Source: the human T2T-CHM13v2.0 reference genome, Homo sapiens. From it: a stretch of 64,000 nucleotides of DNA. A program made the position numbers and the translations under genes. Below, piece after piece: positions 1-19,090 of the stretch. The notes beneath the pieces were generated by a model. That model ran no database searches, had not been told where the DNA came from, and worked only from the letters and a program-made list of their open reading frames with translations. How positions within the stretch are numbered: the first letter of the stretch is position 1; the number at the start of each line of letters is the position of its first letter. The stretch lies in NCBI RefSeq assembly GCF_009914755.1, contig NC_060936.1; one strand, 5' to 3'.

Positions 1-140
1 CCCTGTCAATTTTTGTATTTTTAGTAGAGATGGGGTGTTACCATGTTGCCCAGGCTGGTCGCGAACTCCTGAGCTCAGGCAATCTTCCCTTCTCGGACTC
101 TCAGTGCTGGGATTATAGGCATGAGCCACCTTGCCTGGCC
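1..140 (-). mobile_element. Alu (partial, cut by window edge); counterpart of 33378-33665
   Basis: Alu left-monomer sequence in reverse; its flank aacactggtttgtttct matches the right-arm flank. Confidence 0.9.
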
Positions 141-809
141 AACACTGGTTTGTTTCTATAAAGAACATTTTTTGAACTCAGATTGTTAGTTTCTGTACCC
201 TTATGCCATTTTCTAATAACTTGTCTCCAAGTGGCCGGTGGTATAGTGCTGAGCATAGGTGCCTTTCTGGTAATTTATTTTCAAAAGTAAATTTGTTAAA
301 GCAAAGGGATGCACTCTTTTAACAATTTTTATTTATACCACAAAGTTCATTTGCCCATCCGCCTGCAATTCATCAGAGGACCAGTTATTCTAGCTCCCAT
401 CATGAGATGGCATCATAAAATATTATGAAATACTTGCTTCTAGAATGCTTCTAGAATATCCTTATTTTTCACCACCTACCCTGTGACCTCCTGCTAGGCA
501 GATACCATACTGTCTTGTCAACCATGGTATCCCCAGAGCCTGACACATAGTAGGTGCTCAATAAATATTTGATAAGTGACTAAATAAATAAATGGATGTC
601 CATTAAAATCATAGCAGTGATATCCTTCCTTCCCCCAAATGAATTTTTCCATATGCAATTTGGCAACAAGGGTTAACTTATTTGTTATCATTTTAGTCCA
701 GATCATTGATAAATATTTATAATCAAATAAGTCCCTGTGTACTCAGCAATCTGCTAGTCACTAGACAGATAGATAACAGGCTAGACAGGTAGATATAAAG
801 CATTTTTAA

Positions 810-1137
<328 letters not shown>

Positions 1138-1272
1138 CAGGAATTTATTTTTTAAAAGCTGTTCTTGGGTTTATTCTTTTCCTATATGCAGCTAATTTTT
1201 CTTTTTTAATAACAACTTTACTAAAATATAACCTATATACTAGTATATTCACCCTTTTAAAGTTATAATTCA

Positions 1273-1569
1273 GGACGGGTGTGGTGGCTCACCCATGTAA
1301 TCCCAGCAGCATGGGAGGCCAAGGCAGTTGGTTTTATAGGGCCAGGAGTTCGAGACCAGCCAGGCTAACATGGTGAAACACCTCTCTACTAAAAAACAAA
1401 CAAAAATTAGCAGGGCGTGGGGGCACCCACCTATAATCAGAACTTCTCGGGAGGCTGGGGCACAAGAATTGCTTGAACCCAGGAGACAGAGGTTGCAGTG
1501 AGCCGAGATCATGTCACTGCACTCCAGCCTGGCCAACAGAGTGAGACTTTGTCTCAAAAAAAAAAAAAA
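1273..1569 (+). mobile_element. Alu (AluS-like), shared with right arm 32235-32537
   Basis: Dimeric Alu with A tail at the same position in both arms. Confidence 0.9.
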
Positions 1570-2234
1570 TGTTGTGCAGCTATCACCACTGTCTAATTTA
1601 GATCCTCTTTCTGCAAAATTCCATATTTATTAACAGCCACTCTCCGTTCCTTTCTCCTCCCAGGAACTAGCCACTACTAATCTTCTTTCTATCTCTATAA
1701 ATTTGTCTATTCGCATCCAGGCAACCTTGCACCTCTGCTGGACAGGGTTTATGCCTGTGTTTCGTAATTCCATAATGCTTTGCATCTTTAGGAATTTGAC
1801 AGATGCCTAAATGGCCAATGGCAAACACCCAGAAGCTCTGCAGAATTCTAAAACATCATTCAGATTTAGTAAATGAAAGCAGAAAAGTCCATCATATTTT
1901 AGGAAAATCTTCTGTCCATGGGGTCAAAAAAAATTTTTGTTTAATTAAACCCTCAGTTTTGTTGTACATGTTCACTTTTTGTGCATTTTTGCTGGTATTT
2001 CTTGCTCAAGGAAACAGCTCTGTCAATATACTTGCCGCATAATGAACTCCATCAATTCACTGCCATGCTGGGTCTTCGCATTTATGATGACACTTCCTCT
2101 GCCTTATGTTATCAGGAAGTGAAGGCTTCCATAGAAGTACATTTTCCAGATAACTAAAGTTAGCTCTTTCAAAGGCCACTCCTGAATTTCAATTATATTT
2201 TCTTATGAACGTCATTCTAAAATGCATACATATG

Positions 2235-3150
<916 letters not shown>

Positions 3151-3464
3151 ACAAACACCTGTCTTTTAAATAACTGTGTTCATTTTACTATAAAACAACT
3201 TTAAAAAAATCTCTTTCTTTTAAAGAAAATCTCTATTTCATGATGCCTTGACTAGCCCAGAGGAGAGGATAAGAAAAGTGGTCTTGGTGCGAGGGTGGAA
3301 GTATGGGTTGCCACTTCAAGTCATGTCATTAGATGGGGGGTTAGCAGAGGCAAATCAAGACAGTCATGATTGCTTTGCAAATGTTTGAACTGATTCAGAC
3401 GAATGTTAAAATCTGCCACATCTATTCCAGTAAAAATGGTAGAAAAAACCCTGCCACAGCATCC

Positions 3465-4570
3465 AATAAGTGTGGGAAAAGATGCTCAACATCATTAACA
3501 TCAGGGAAATGCAAATCAAAACCACAATGAGATACTGCTTCACACCCACTGCGATGACTGTAGTCCAAAAGTCAGATAATAACAAGTGTTGGCAAAAATG
3601 TGGGGAAATGGAAACCCTTACACAGTTGTCCCTCCCTATCCTTAGGGAATGGGTTCCAGGACCCCCTGAGGATACCGGAATCTGTAGATGTTCAAGTCCC
3701 CTATATAAAGTGGCACAACATTCACGTATAACTTACACACTTCATCCTGTATATGTTAAATCATCTCTAGATTACTTACAATATCTAATACAATGTAAAC
3801 GCTATGTAAACAATTGTCATACTTTCCTTTTTATCTTTTTTTAGTGTATTGTTATTCTTATTGGTTTTATTGGTTTATGTTTCAATATGCAGTTGGCTGA
3901 ATCCTTGGATGCAGAACTCAATGATATGGAGACTAACTGTACGTTGTTGGTGGAATGTAAAATGGTGCAGCTGCTTTGGAAGAGACTGAACGTCCCTCTG
4001 ATGGTTAAAAGTGGAGTAAACACATGACCTAGATATTCCACTCTTAGGTATTTACCTAAGTGACATGAAACACAAGTCCACACCAAAACTTGGACTAGAA
4101 TGTTCATAGCAGCATTATTCATAACGGCCAAAAAGTAGCAACTACCCAAATACCTATCAACTGACTAATGGATATATAATATGTGCTATAGCCATACAAT
4201 GGAATATCATTTGGCAATAAATAGAGATTAAGTACTGATATATACTACAGTATTTATGAACCTTGAAAACATTATGCTAAGTGAAAGAAGCCAGGAGGAC
4301 CCAGTGTAAGATTTCACTTATAAGAAATGTCCAGAATAGGCAAAGCTATAGAAAGAGAAAGAAGATTAGTGGTGCCTGGAGCTGGGCGAAGCAGTGGGGA
4401 TTTAGGAATGAGGGCTATGAGGGGTAGGATTTCTTTTAGGGGTTGTGGAAATGTTCTAAAATTGATCATATTGATGGATGCACAATACTGTGAACACACC
4501 AAAAGCAATTGAATTGCACACTTCAAATGGATGAATTGTACAGCATATGAAGTATATCTCAATATAACGG
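3465..4570 (+). mobile_element. Old L1 (L1M) 3' fragment containing a MER2-like Tigger element (3622-3939)
   Basis: ORF2p C-terminal remnant (IREMQIKTTMRY) and L1 3'UTR; MER2-like cagttg...aactg termini. Confidence 0.8.
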
Positions 4571-5167
4571 TTTTTTTTTTAAAAAAAGATGCACAATATA
4601 TTGCAGGGCCACTCAGAAACCACCTGGTGTGTACAGGGAGGGGCCCACGAGCCGGCCAGGCCCTTCAGCATCTTCTCAGGGGAACTTGGCACTGTCTGCA
4701 TACATGATGTAAAAGGTGAGCAGGGAGCAGCAAAGCCAAGAGCTGAGGAGTAGAATTCTTGCAGCTGCAGCTGCTCAGAAATCCCCATTCAGGGCTTTAC
4801 TGGCAAGGTTCACCTTGGTTAAAATCTCATCATGCCTTTTCTGTAGTCAGAGTGATGTCAAGACTGATTAATGGTTTGACTAAAAATATAACAATGATGA
4901 GAAAATGAGAAAAGAGGAGGTGGGGTGTAAAGGGAGCTAAATCCACATCTATCCCAACCAGAAATAAATACATAACAGTTAATGTTGGTAAACTGTGCAA
5001 TAGGAGTGGAAGCATCTCATTTAGACATGTAGAAGTGGCTGCCTCGTGGATCAGCTAAGGTATTTAATGTGGCTGCCTCTGAGAAGGGGCCATATGGAGA
5101 CAGATAGGGGAGGAGAGGGCTATATTTTACTTTGAGATTTTTAGGTGCTACATTATTTTTTAAACTA

Positions 5168-5248
5168 TTAAATTGAACCATATGAAATTGCCATTTTCAC
5201 AGGTGCAAAATGGTTGAAGACAGGGAATTTCATATGATTCAAACTTGT
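5168..5248. mobile_element. MADE2-like mariner MITE (mirror copy 28531-28610)
   Basis: ~80 bp imperfect palindrome ttgaaccatatgaaattgcc...gaatttcatatgattcaa. Confidence 0.75.
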
Positions 5249-5314
5249 ATCTGAATGCATTTATTTTGGTTACATATTTTGAAAAATAATAAAGTCTATT
5301 GGATAAAAGATGTC

Positions 5315-5676
5315 TGTATTAGTCCGTTCTCACACTGCTAAGAAAGACATACCTGAGACTGAGTAATTTATAAAAGAAAGAGGTTGAATTGACTCTCACT
5401 TTAGCATGACTGAGGAGGCCTCAGGAAACTTACAATTATGGAGGAAAGGGAAGCCAACACATCCTTCTTCACACGGCAGCAGTGAGAATCGAGCAAAGGG
5501 GCAAGCCCCTTGTAAAACCATCGGATCTTGTGAGAACTCCTATCTTAAGAACAGCATGGAGGTAACCACCCCCATGATTCAATCGCCTCCCACCCAGTCT
5601 GTCCCGTGACATGTGGGGATTATGGGAACTACAATTCACGATGATATTTGGGCAGGGACACAGCCAAACCGTATCA
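5315..5676 (-). mobile_element. THE1/MST-type MaLR solo LTR
   Basis: tgtattagtccgttctcacactgct...cagccaaaccgtatca termini. Confidence 0.9.
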
Positions 5677-5884
5677 ATATTCAAATACAACTTGGTCATC
5701 TGCCAAAACATTTAGCCCTTTGAAAGTGAAGAAGGAAGATGAGCAGGTAAAGAATCACTTCTGGAGCCCTCAGCATGTGCGAGGCACTTACCTTGTGCAT
5801 CGAATTCTCATAGCAGCCCCACAGGTAGGCAGGTAGGAACCAGTCTCATTTCGAATTTAAAGGTAACAAACATAAGACCCAAAG

Positions 5885-7739
<1,855 letters not shown>

Positions 7740-8546
7740 CTAGTATCCCCATCATGTTCACTCACTGCCTGGGGGCTGAGTGTGTCCTCAGCTCAGAAGC
7801 TCTGGGAGACCTCCGAGGTGCTGCAGGTGGAAGCCGTCAGCCGCCTGCACTCCACGCAGCTGCGCGGCTAGCTCCTTCTTGAAGTTTAATCCAAGCCGTG
7901 TATCTCCACGGTTGCCATATTTGTTGGGTATTCACTTGCTCTAAGCACTATCCATCTCGCCACTCATTAATTTTAAAGATGATTCTGAAAGGTACGGTAG
8001 GAAACAGAGGCACAGTGAAAAAAATGAGTAAATTATCTTGCCCAAGATGGGACCGTGAGTAGCAGAGTCCGTTCAGGGCCAGCCAGGAGATCTGACTCCC
8101 ATATCCAAGCTCTGAATTTCCACACTACCCCATGGTATGGTGGATGTATTGTTTTACGCATAGAAGACAGTCCGGAAACACATCCACCAAACTCTCACAG
8201 TGACCAATCTCAGGGTGAAGGTGAAGATTTGAGAGGAACTTTCCACGTGGCAGACTTTGATCTAATTTATATCTTATTGTACAGCAAGAATCATTAACTT
8301 TGTAATAATAAACAATATAAAGTGATTGTGGAAAAAAACAGAAAGGTTCCAAGTTTGGCAATCTGCCAGTTGTGGGCCACAGGTGTTGTCAGGTGTAATG
8401 GGGACAGAGGAGAAGGTACCTGAGTCCTTTGTTATTGTTGGGAGTCTAAGTCCTGTGGGTGCCTGGGGACCAAGACTGGTGGAAGGTGAGCAGGTGAGGT
8501 TGTTACTGTCCACTTTCTACTCCATTTCCACCGCTAAGTGCTTTGA

Positions 8547-10015
<1,469 letters not shown>

Positions 10016-10860
10016 AACCTCCGTGGTGGGCAGCCTGCATCAGGTAGAGTTTGATTAGGGAAGCAGAAGCCCTGAGAGTGATATTAAGGCATTTATAACA
10101 GGGATTAGACCCCGTTCCATGTAGGAGCTGGTGGAGGCATCTGTCGAAGGCTGGTACCTCTGCATCTAGGAGTGGGTGGATTGTATGTCAGCAGGGCCAG
10201 TGGTCAAGATGTGAAATGCGGCAAGCGAGACTGGAGTCTGAAAGAACAAACTGGGACCCACAGACAGTGGAAGACCCATGCTTGCCTCTCACTGCCTCTC
10301 ACCCTCACAGCAGGGGTGACCTGCAGAAGGACCTGACTCTCTCCTCTGCAGGGCTGCATGATCACCTGGCCCAGGACTTTGAGAAGCTGGAGAAAGAGAA
10401 GTGGTAGGAGGCAGAGGAGCTGCAGGCCAGCCTGCTGCACACCCCCAAGGGAAGCCAGAAGGCCTGTGGCGAATATGCATCAGTTATGGCAGCACCTGCT
10501 CCCCTGCACTGACCTGCACAGCATGGTGGCTGCCACTTCCCTTCTGCTTTCCAACCCTCCCATAAATCTCCCTTCTGGCCACTTCTAGCCCAGCACCCTA
10601 CAGGGACAGGAATTGTAGGAAACCTAATTCCAGCTGGCTAGATGGCCCAGTGTGAAACCATCCCCAAGCACAGGATACTCATTGTCTTACCACACATAAG
10701 GGCTATCTAATCAGTTCCATCTAATCAGGCCTAATGGCTCATCTTCAAATAAGCAAGGTTTTGTATTTCTGTAATGAGTTATAGCTTCAGATTTCAAAAT
10801 CCTAACCCATCTTCTGCGTCAGTCTCCTAAGGAGGGCGTTTTATTCTTCTCATCTTCTGG

Positions 10861-10966
10861 TTTTTTTTTTTTCTTTTCTTCTGAGATGGAGTCTTGGTCT
10901 GTCACCCAGGCTGGAGTGCAGTGGTATGATCTCAGCTCACTGCAACCTCTGCCTCCCAGGTTCAAG
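10861..10966 (-). mobile_element. Truncated Alu 3' end at the inner edge of the left arm
   Basis: PolyT plus ~85 nt of right monomer that stops abruptly at ggttcaag; no TSD seen. Confidence 0.85.
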
Positions 10967-11682
10967 AATTAGAAAAATACACCCTTAAGAAATGATTGGA
11001 TATTTTTATTAAAAAGTATTTTTTTATGTAAGGAACAGTTCTTCAAAAATGCATGCTTTTGACAAATTTATTCCACAGATTCATGCAGTGACTATTTAAT
11101 GTGTGCCTGCTCCATGCCAGGCACCATTCAAAGAACTGGAAATATGGCAATAAACGAAGAGACAAAAATCCCTGCTCTTGTATTGCCATTAGTCAAGCTC
11201 ATTCAAATTTAACCAAATTTCAAACTCACTACTGTGATTCACGACAGAAATGCACCTTGATTTTCTTCATGTTTAGCTGAAAAAAGTGCTTCCTAACCAT
11301 TTTGAAAATCTGGCATAAAAGCAGCTAAGAGTTTTGAAGGTTGTTGCCCTGGGAACAAGAAGTGACAGGGGTGGGGCAGAGAGCTACCTCCTTTCTCTTT
11401 CTCATTCTGACATTTGTAGCCCCACCCTATTTCTGCCTTTTAAAATCTTACAGATGTGTTACTTTACTAAATTAAAAAAAAAATTGCTCCCAGGTTTTGG
11501 CCCCCGCAAAAAAAACTTTTTTTGAAGGGCAGTCACTGTTGCCAGTTGGATCCGTGGCCACTGCCCAGATCCCCACACCATGCTGTCAGAGAAGACCTTC
11601 AAGCAGTGCTGCACCTTCAAACAAAGAGTAGATGTCTGACTTATCCAAGAGTAGCATCCAACCCAAATCCCAGTGACAATAG

Positions 11683-12305
11683 TGATGTAGGAATTTTCTT
11701 CTCGGTCAACTTGCAAGCCATGGACCCCTGGCTGGTGATGACCCATCCAGGCCTGGGCCTTGCTCCGTCACGCTGACATGCCCCAGCTTGCCTTTGTTAC
11801 AGCTTGTACCTGCATTCAGCAGTTCCCAAGCTCTTGTACCACACCCAAGAAGAATGAGGATACACTGGACATTGAAGGATGAGGAGGGCGGAGAAGAATT
11901 TTATTGAGTGATGAAAATGATTTTTAGCAGAGAGGGGACATGGGGTTGTTCCCCCTACCCAAAGGCAGGAAAGTTCCCCCCGTGTGGCTGGGTCCAGGGC
12001 CTTTTGTGGACTTAGAATGGGGAGTGTGTGCTGATTGGTTTGTGAGTATGCAAAAAAGTTAAAAGTGAAGACACTACTCAAAGGTAGGCATGACAGTGTA
12101 GAAAACCAATTAGGAAAGGGTAGGTGTATGTAAAGTAAGTGAAGGGTGGGGATCAGTCAGGGGCAGGTGCTCCAAACGGGAAGACAAGTTCTCAACCCTG
12201 TCTGGGGATTTAACTTGCAGCTTGGCTTTCAGGCTTTTAACTGTCTTCTGCTTGGAGGTGGGGTTTCACTTGGCACCTGCCCGTATCTGCCTCCTGTTGC
12301 TATCA
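11683..12305 (-). mobile_element. ERV1-class solo LTR (LTR27/MER52-like) inserted in the LC3B CDS
   Basis: TGAT...ATCA termini, 4 bp TSD atag (11679-11682 and 12306-12309), 623 bp long. Confidence 0.88.
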
Positions 12306-12314
12306 ATAGAATGA

Positions 12315-12584
<270 letters not shown>

Positions 12585-12779
12585 TAGAAAAATGCATCTA
12601 TTCTAGAATTTTTAAAACCATTACCAAGGGAAAAAAAGGGATGTTACTAACTGAGATAGATCAGTTCATCTAATCAGATCATCAAACAGTAGTTCTCCCA
12701 CCTAGGAGAAGTTGGATTTGTATTTCAAGCAGAAAAACTGAGTTCCCAGTGAGTATGTTCAGTTTTGGCAACTATATTA

Positions 12780-13390
12780 TTATTATTACTATTGAGATGG
12801 GGTCTCACTCTGTTGCCCAGACAGGAGTGCAATGGTGTAATCTTGGCTCACTGAAACCTCTGCCTCCTGGGTTCAAGCGATTCTCTTGCCTCAGCCTCCT
12901 GAGTATCTGGGATTACAGGCATGTGCCACCATGCCCAACTAATTTTTGTATTTTTAGTAGAGACGGGGTTTTACCATGTTGGCCAGGCTGGTCTTGAACT
13001 CCTGGCCTCAAGTGATCTGCCCACCTTGGCTTCCCAAAATGTTGGGATTACAGGTGTGAGCCATGGTGTCCGACCTGGAAAGTATAGTATTATTTTTATT
13101 TTGAGGTGGAGTCTCACTCTGTTGTTCTGTTGCCTAGGCTGGAGTGCAGTGGCGCAATATCAGCTCACTGCAACCCAAGTTTCAAGTGATTCTCCTGCCT
13201 CAGCCTCCCAAGTAGCTGGGATTGCAGGTGCCCAACCACAACACCCAGATAATTTTTGTATTTTTAGTGGAGATAGGGTTTCACCATATTGGCCCGGCTG
13301 GTCTAGAATTCCTGACCTCAAGTGATGACAGGCGCCGCCTTGCCCTCCCAAAGTGCTAGGATTACAGGCGTGAGCCACCATGCCCAGCCG
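12780..13390 (-). mobile_element. Two tandem AluS elements (12780-13076, 13090-13390) in the retrocopy 3'UTR
   Basis: Two full Alus in reverse; the 3'UTR resumes at tatattatttaacataggctagc. Confidence 0.9.
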
Positions 13391-13493
13391 ATATTATATT
13401 ATTTAACATAGGCTAGCTTGTTATCGAAGTTTAAACGTTTAAAAATAAAATACTTTGCATTCTAAGTTGCCAGTGAAATAGACTTTCAAGTTA

Positions 13494-13573
13494 AAAGTTT
13501 CGTGCAAATGTAATTGCAGTTTTTGCCATTGAAAGTAATGGCAAAAACTGCAATTACGTTTGCACCAACCTAA
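13494..13573. mobile_element. MADE1 (Hsmar1-derived MITE)
   Basis: 80 bp palindrome gtgcaaatgtaattgcagtttttgccatt-gaaagt-aatggcaaaaactgcaattacgtttgcaccaacctaa with TA on both sides. Confidence 0.92.
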
Positions 13574-13958
13574 TATTTCAAAGCTATTTCTCCCTAATAG
13601 GAACTTGCAATTCAAGCAGTAATCTAAAGGCTTTCAGAGAGACATGGAGTCTTCTCCTCAAGTCCACAGGACCTGCCACCTTTTTATAAAGGTTTTCTAC
13701 TCAGCTAGAGAGACTCCCTAAGAGGATTCATAAGCCTAAGTTGTGAAGCATAACCACCCCCCCAAACACACTTGCCATAATAGTTGGCACAAATGCAGGG
13801 TAAATGGGGGTGTGTAGGAAAACTACCCTGACTCTAAACTGGTGCTCAAGGTTTCTGATTCCTAACAGAACTATGCCAAAAGTCCACATTCTTGCAGTAG
13901 TAGACACTTCTTATTTGGTTTGTTCTCTAGATAGTTACACACGTAAAAACAGCATTCA

Positions 13959-14297
<339 letters not shown>

Positions 14298-14579
14298 TCA
14301 ATAGGAAACTAGAATAATTTATAATTTTGGTTTAGCTTCTTAAAAGACCCCAGAGAAAGAGTGGCATTTCTTGTTTCAGGTGTTGTCTGATCTAAGAGTT
14401 CAAAGTCGTGCCTGCGTTGGTACAGAAACAAGCAGTGTACCAGTGTCATTCTTTAGGACAGTGGAAGAAACCACAGAATAGTATAATTAAAAGCATTAAA
14501 ATTCAGACACACTCCCTTCTACCTTTTGGCTTAAAGCTATGGATGATCCATGCTTTTTATTTTAATGTTAAATGTATAA

Positions 14580-14896
<317 letters not shown>

Positions 14897-15846
14897 CCAC
14901 ATTATTAATAGTAGTTCAGATATCACTGTTAGGTCAGACAGCCATCAGAATTCTCCCACTTTAAGGGCATGTCGATTATAGAGGAAGCATAGCAAAAGCA
15001 GACATATGCTCTTTACAGATACTCATGTCAAGAGTTCAACATCTTCAAGTTCAACCTATGATAAAAGACCAGTGCTACCCACTACCTGCATGGGGTTCAC
15101 CATTTCCCATATTCTTGGGAGTATCACAGGAAGACCACGGCTGCACCACTTTAGACTGTATGTGTAGGAGGTCACAACTTACCCTTGTGTGTTTAGATGT
15201 GTGTGGAATACCTGTATATGTTAGTGAAAGCTGTTTAGTGTAATGAAGGCGAAAACCAGATTCCTTGCATCTGGGTCCTCTACTGAGCATTCAAGGAGCT
15301 CCTGTCACCTGCTCTCCCTGCTGCATACATCAGTCCACTTGGCTAAGTTTTCATATGTGTGTGTGTGTGTGTATGTATCATATGTGTGTGTGTATGTATA
15401 TACATACATTATATATATACACATTATATATATACACTATATATATATATTTAGATGGAGTCTCACTCTGTTACCCAGGCAGGAGTGCAGCTGCTGCATA
15501 CATCAGTCCACTTGGCTAACTTTTAATATGTGTATGTGTGTGTGTGTATTATGTATGTGTGTGTATATATATACATTGTATATATACACATTTTATATAT
15601 GCACATTTTATATATATATACATTGTATATATACACATTATATATATATACATTATTGTAACTACTGTGTGATAAGTAAGAGTCCTATAAGAAATACTGC
15701 TTTAAAAAAAAAAGAACATTCTGAGGTGAAATATAGTGACCTACATCCCACATTCGTGGGTGATCACTTCATTTGTAGGACCTTTAAAACAAGTATTATA
15801 CATTTTTAATGAACTAACTTGAATAAGGCACAATTAAAAACTGTTA

Positions 15847-16014
15847 CATATATGTGTGTATATATGTATATATACGTGTATATATGTGTGTATATATGTG
15901 TATATATGTATATATGTGTATATATGTGTATATATGTATATATATGTGTATATATATGTGTGTGTGTATATATGTGTGTGTGTGTATATATATATATATA
16001 TTTTTTTTTTTTTT
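15847..16014. repeat. Compound (TA)n/(TG)n microsatellite plus polyT at the retrocopy 3' end
   Basis: Seen directly; sits where the retrocopy poly(A) tail is expected. Confidence 0.95.
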
Positions 16015-16189
16015 GCAGGCTCTGGAGTAAGTTTACTCACTTTCAAACTTCACATCTGTCCCTTTTCTGGCTCCGCGATCTTAAGAAATGTACTTATTCC
16101 TCCTTACTCTCAGCTTTCCACATCTGTAAAATGGGGATAATATATGTAACACTCTGAAAAGTCTCGTTGTGATACTTGAATGAAGTCAT

Positions 16190-17375
<1,186 letters not shown>

Positions 17376-17524
17376 TGTAAAGAGATCAACATGGTGTGCA
17401 CCTATGGTTCCTATCCTTCAACTGATGGCTGAAATACCATTTCTCTGACTTCTCTGCTCACCCCAATCCCGATTTTATTCCACACCAATATTCTGCTTAA
17501 GTAGTTATTCATTTAACACCTGCT

Positions 17525-17825
17525 TTTCTTCTTATTTATTTATTTGAGACAGGGTCTCTCCCTGTTGCCCAGGCTAGAGTGCAGTGGCATGACCTTGGCT
17601 CACCGTAGCCTCAACCTCCTGGACTCAAGTGATCCTCCCACCTCAGCCTCCCAAATAGCAGAGACTACAGGTGCATGCCACCTTACCTGGCTAATTTTTT
17701 AAATTTCTTGTAGAGATGGGTTCTCACTTTGTTTCCAGGCTTGTCTCAAACTCCTGGGCTCAAGCGATCCATTTTCTTCGGCTTCCCAAAGTGCTAGGAT
17801 TATAGGCATGAGCCACCGCACCCTG
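17525..17825 (-). mobile_element. AluJ
   Basis: Diverged full Alu in reverse. Confidence 0.85.
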
Positions 17826-18575
17826 TTTGCTTTTCCATTAGGCGCGGAAGACCCTATGGTGAAAAGGAAGGATCAGGTCTGTTTATGTCTTGTTGTATCC
17901 CCAATGTCTGGGAAAGGTATATCCTTTTCAAGACTGAAAACTGTAGCTCAGATAGATGAAACTTGTTCATAGGTGAAAGAGACCAGAATTCAAAACTGGG
18001 GTATCCAGTCCTCTTGGTCACCTCATTTCAAACCTAGGTATGATTTGAAACTTCTGGGATCAGAACCCAACACCTTGCTGTAGTCTAGATATGTTGGTAC
18101 CTGGAAAGCTAAAGACATTTTTTACTTTGGCTTAGCCAGGGAGCTAGAGGTCACACAGGGAACACATTAAACAAACAGAAGTTAAGTAGAAAAGGACAAG
18201 AATTTCCTAAGGAACAGAGTGGCCCTGGCTGGTTCTGCAGCTCTCAGCCAGGTTCCAGCTCAAAGGTGTAAGGGTGAGTGAACCTAAGTGTGGGAAGGGC
18301 TTTGCTGTTCTTGGAGCCAAGATCCTCAGGAAAGCTAAGTTGGCCGACTATCACCTCATGTCCTGATGGTTATTTATGATGACTCGGCAGAGATTATGTT
18401 CCTTGATAAACACAGAGGACCAGGTGTCAGCTTATATTGGAACAGTCTGCTGTAGCCCTGTTTTGGGGCAGAGGTAAAAAATTCAAACCCTACAGAAATA
18501 CCTAAAGAGAAAGGCAGACAAACATATAAACAAAAATCCTAGCAACAGAATGTCCGTCTCAAAGGAAAAACCTCA

Positions 18576-18790
18576 CTGGGTATGGTGGCGCATGCCTGTT
18601 GTCCCAGCTACTAGGGAGATCTGAGTCAGGAGGATCACTTGAGCCTAGGAGTTCAAGGCCGCAATGAACTATGATTGTGCCACTGCACTCCAGCCTGAGT
18701 GACACAGTGAGACCCTATCTCTAAAAATGAAAAAGAAATAAAGGAAGAGAGAGAGAAGAGGTGAGAGAGAGAGAGAGAAAGAAAGAGACC
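18576..18790 (+). mobile_element. Alu monomer with GA-rich tail
   Basis: Right-monomer sequence followed by a (GA)n purine tract. Confidence 0.8.
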
Positions 18791-19090
18791 TCTATTGACA
18801 TGAATATTCTTCCAGAATTTTGTTCTCTCTCTTCCCACATTCTCCTATACATTCAAATTTTAATGATTGTATAGTATTTCATCAAAAAGAAGGCAGGTTA
18901 TTACCAATGTAATTATATTGATCCTCTCTGTTGGATTTTACATTGTTTCTAGTATTTCCCTATTACCAGACAAAAATGATGATCATTCTTGCATATAACT
19001 TCCTTAACTTGTGAAATTGTCTCCTTGGGATAACGTACTAGAGGATAAACGGCTGGATTGCCTAATTGCTTTCCAAGAAAGATTTGTCCC

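Noticed and set aside
1803-2042. ORFs apparently conserved between the two arms (e.g. the 79 aa pair with 31725..31964; the 80 aa pair 8055..8297/27829..28071)
   Set aside because: Explained by DNA-level duplication and conversion; many differences are non-synonymous and there is no recognisable domain.
11682-12309. LTR insert bounded by GT...AG, resembling an intron that could restore LC3B
   Set aside because: Removing 11682-12309 deletes 628 nt versus 627 inserted, so it frameshifts; three in-frame stops exist anyway.
15243-16157. Long Tyr/Ile/Cys/Val-rich ORFs
   Set aside because: Translations of TA/TG microsatellites.
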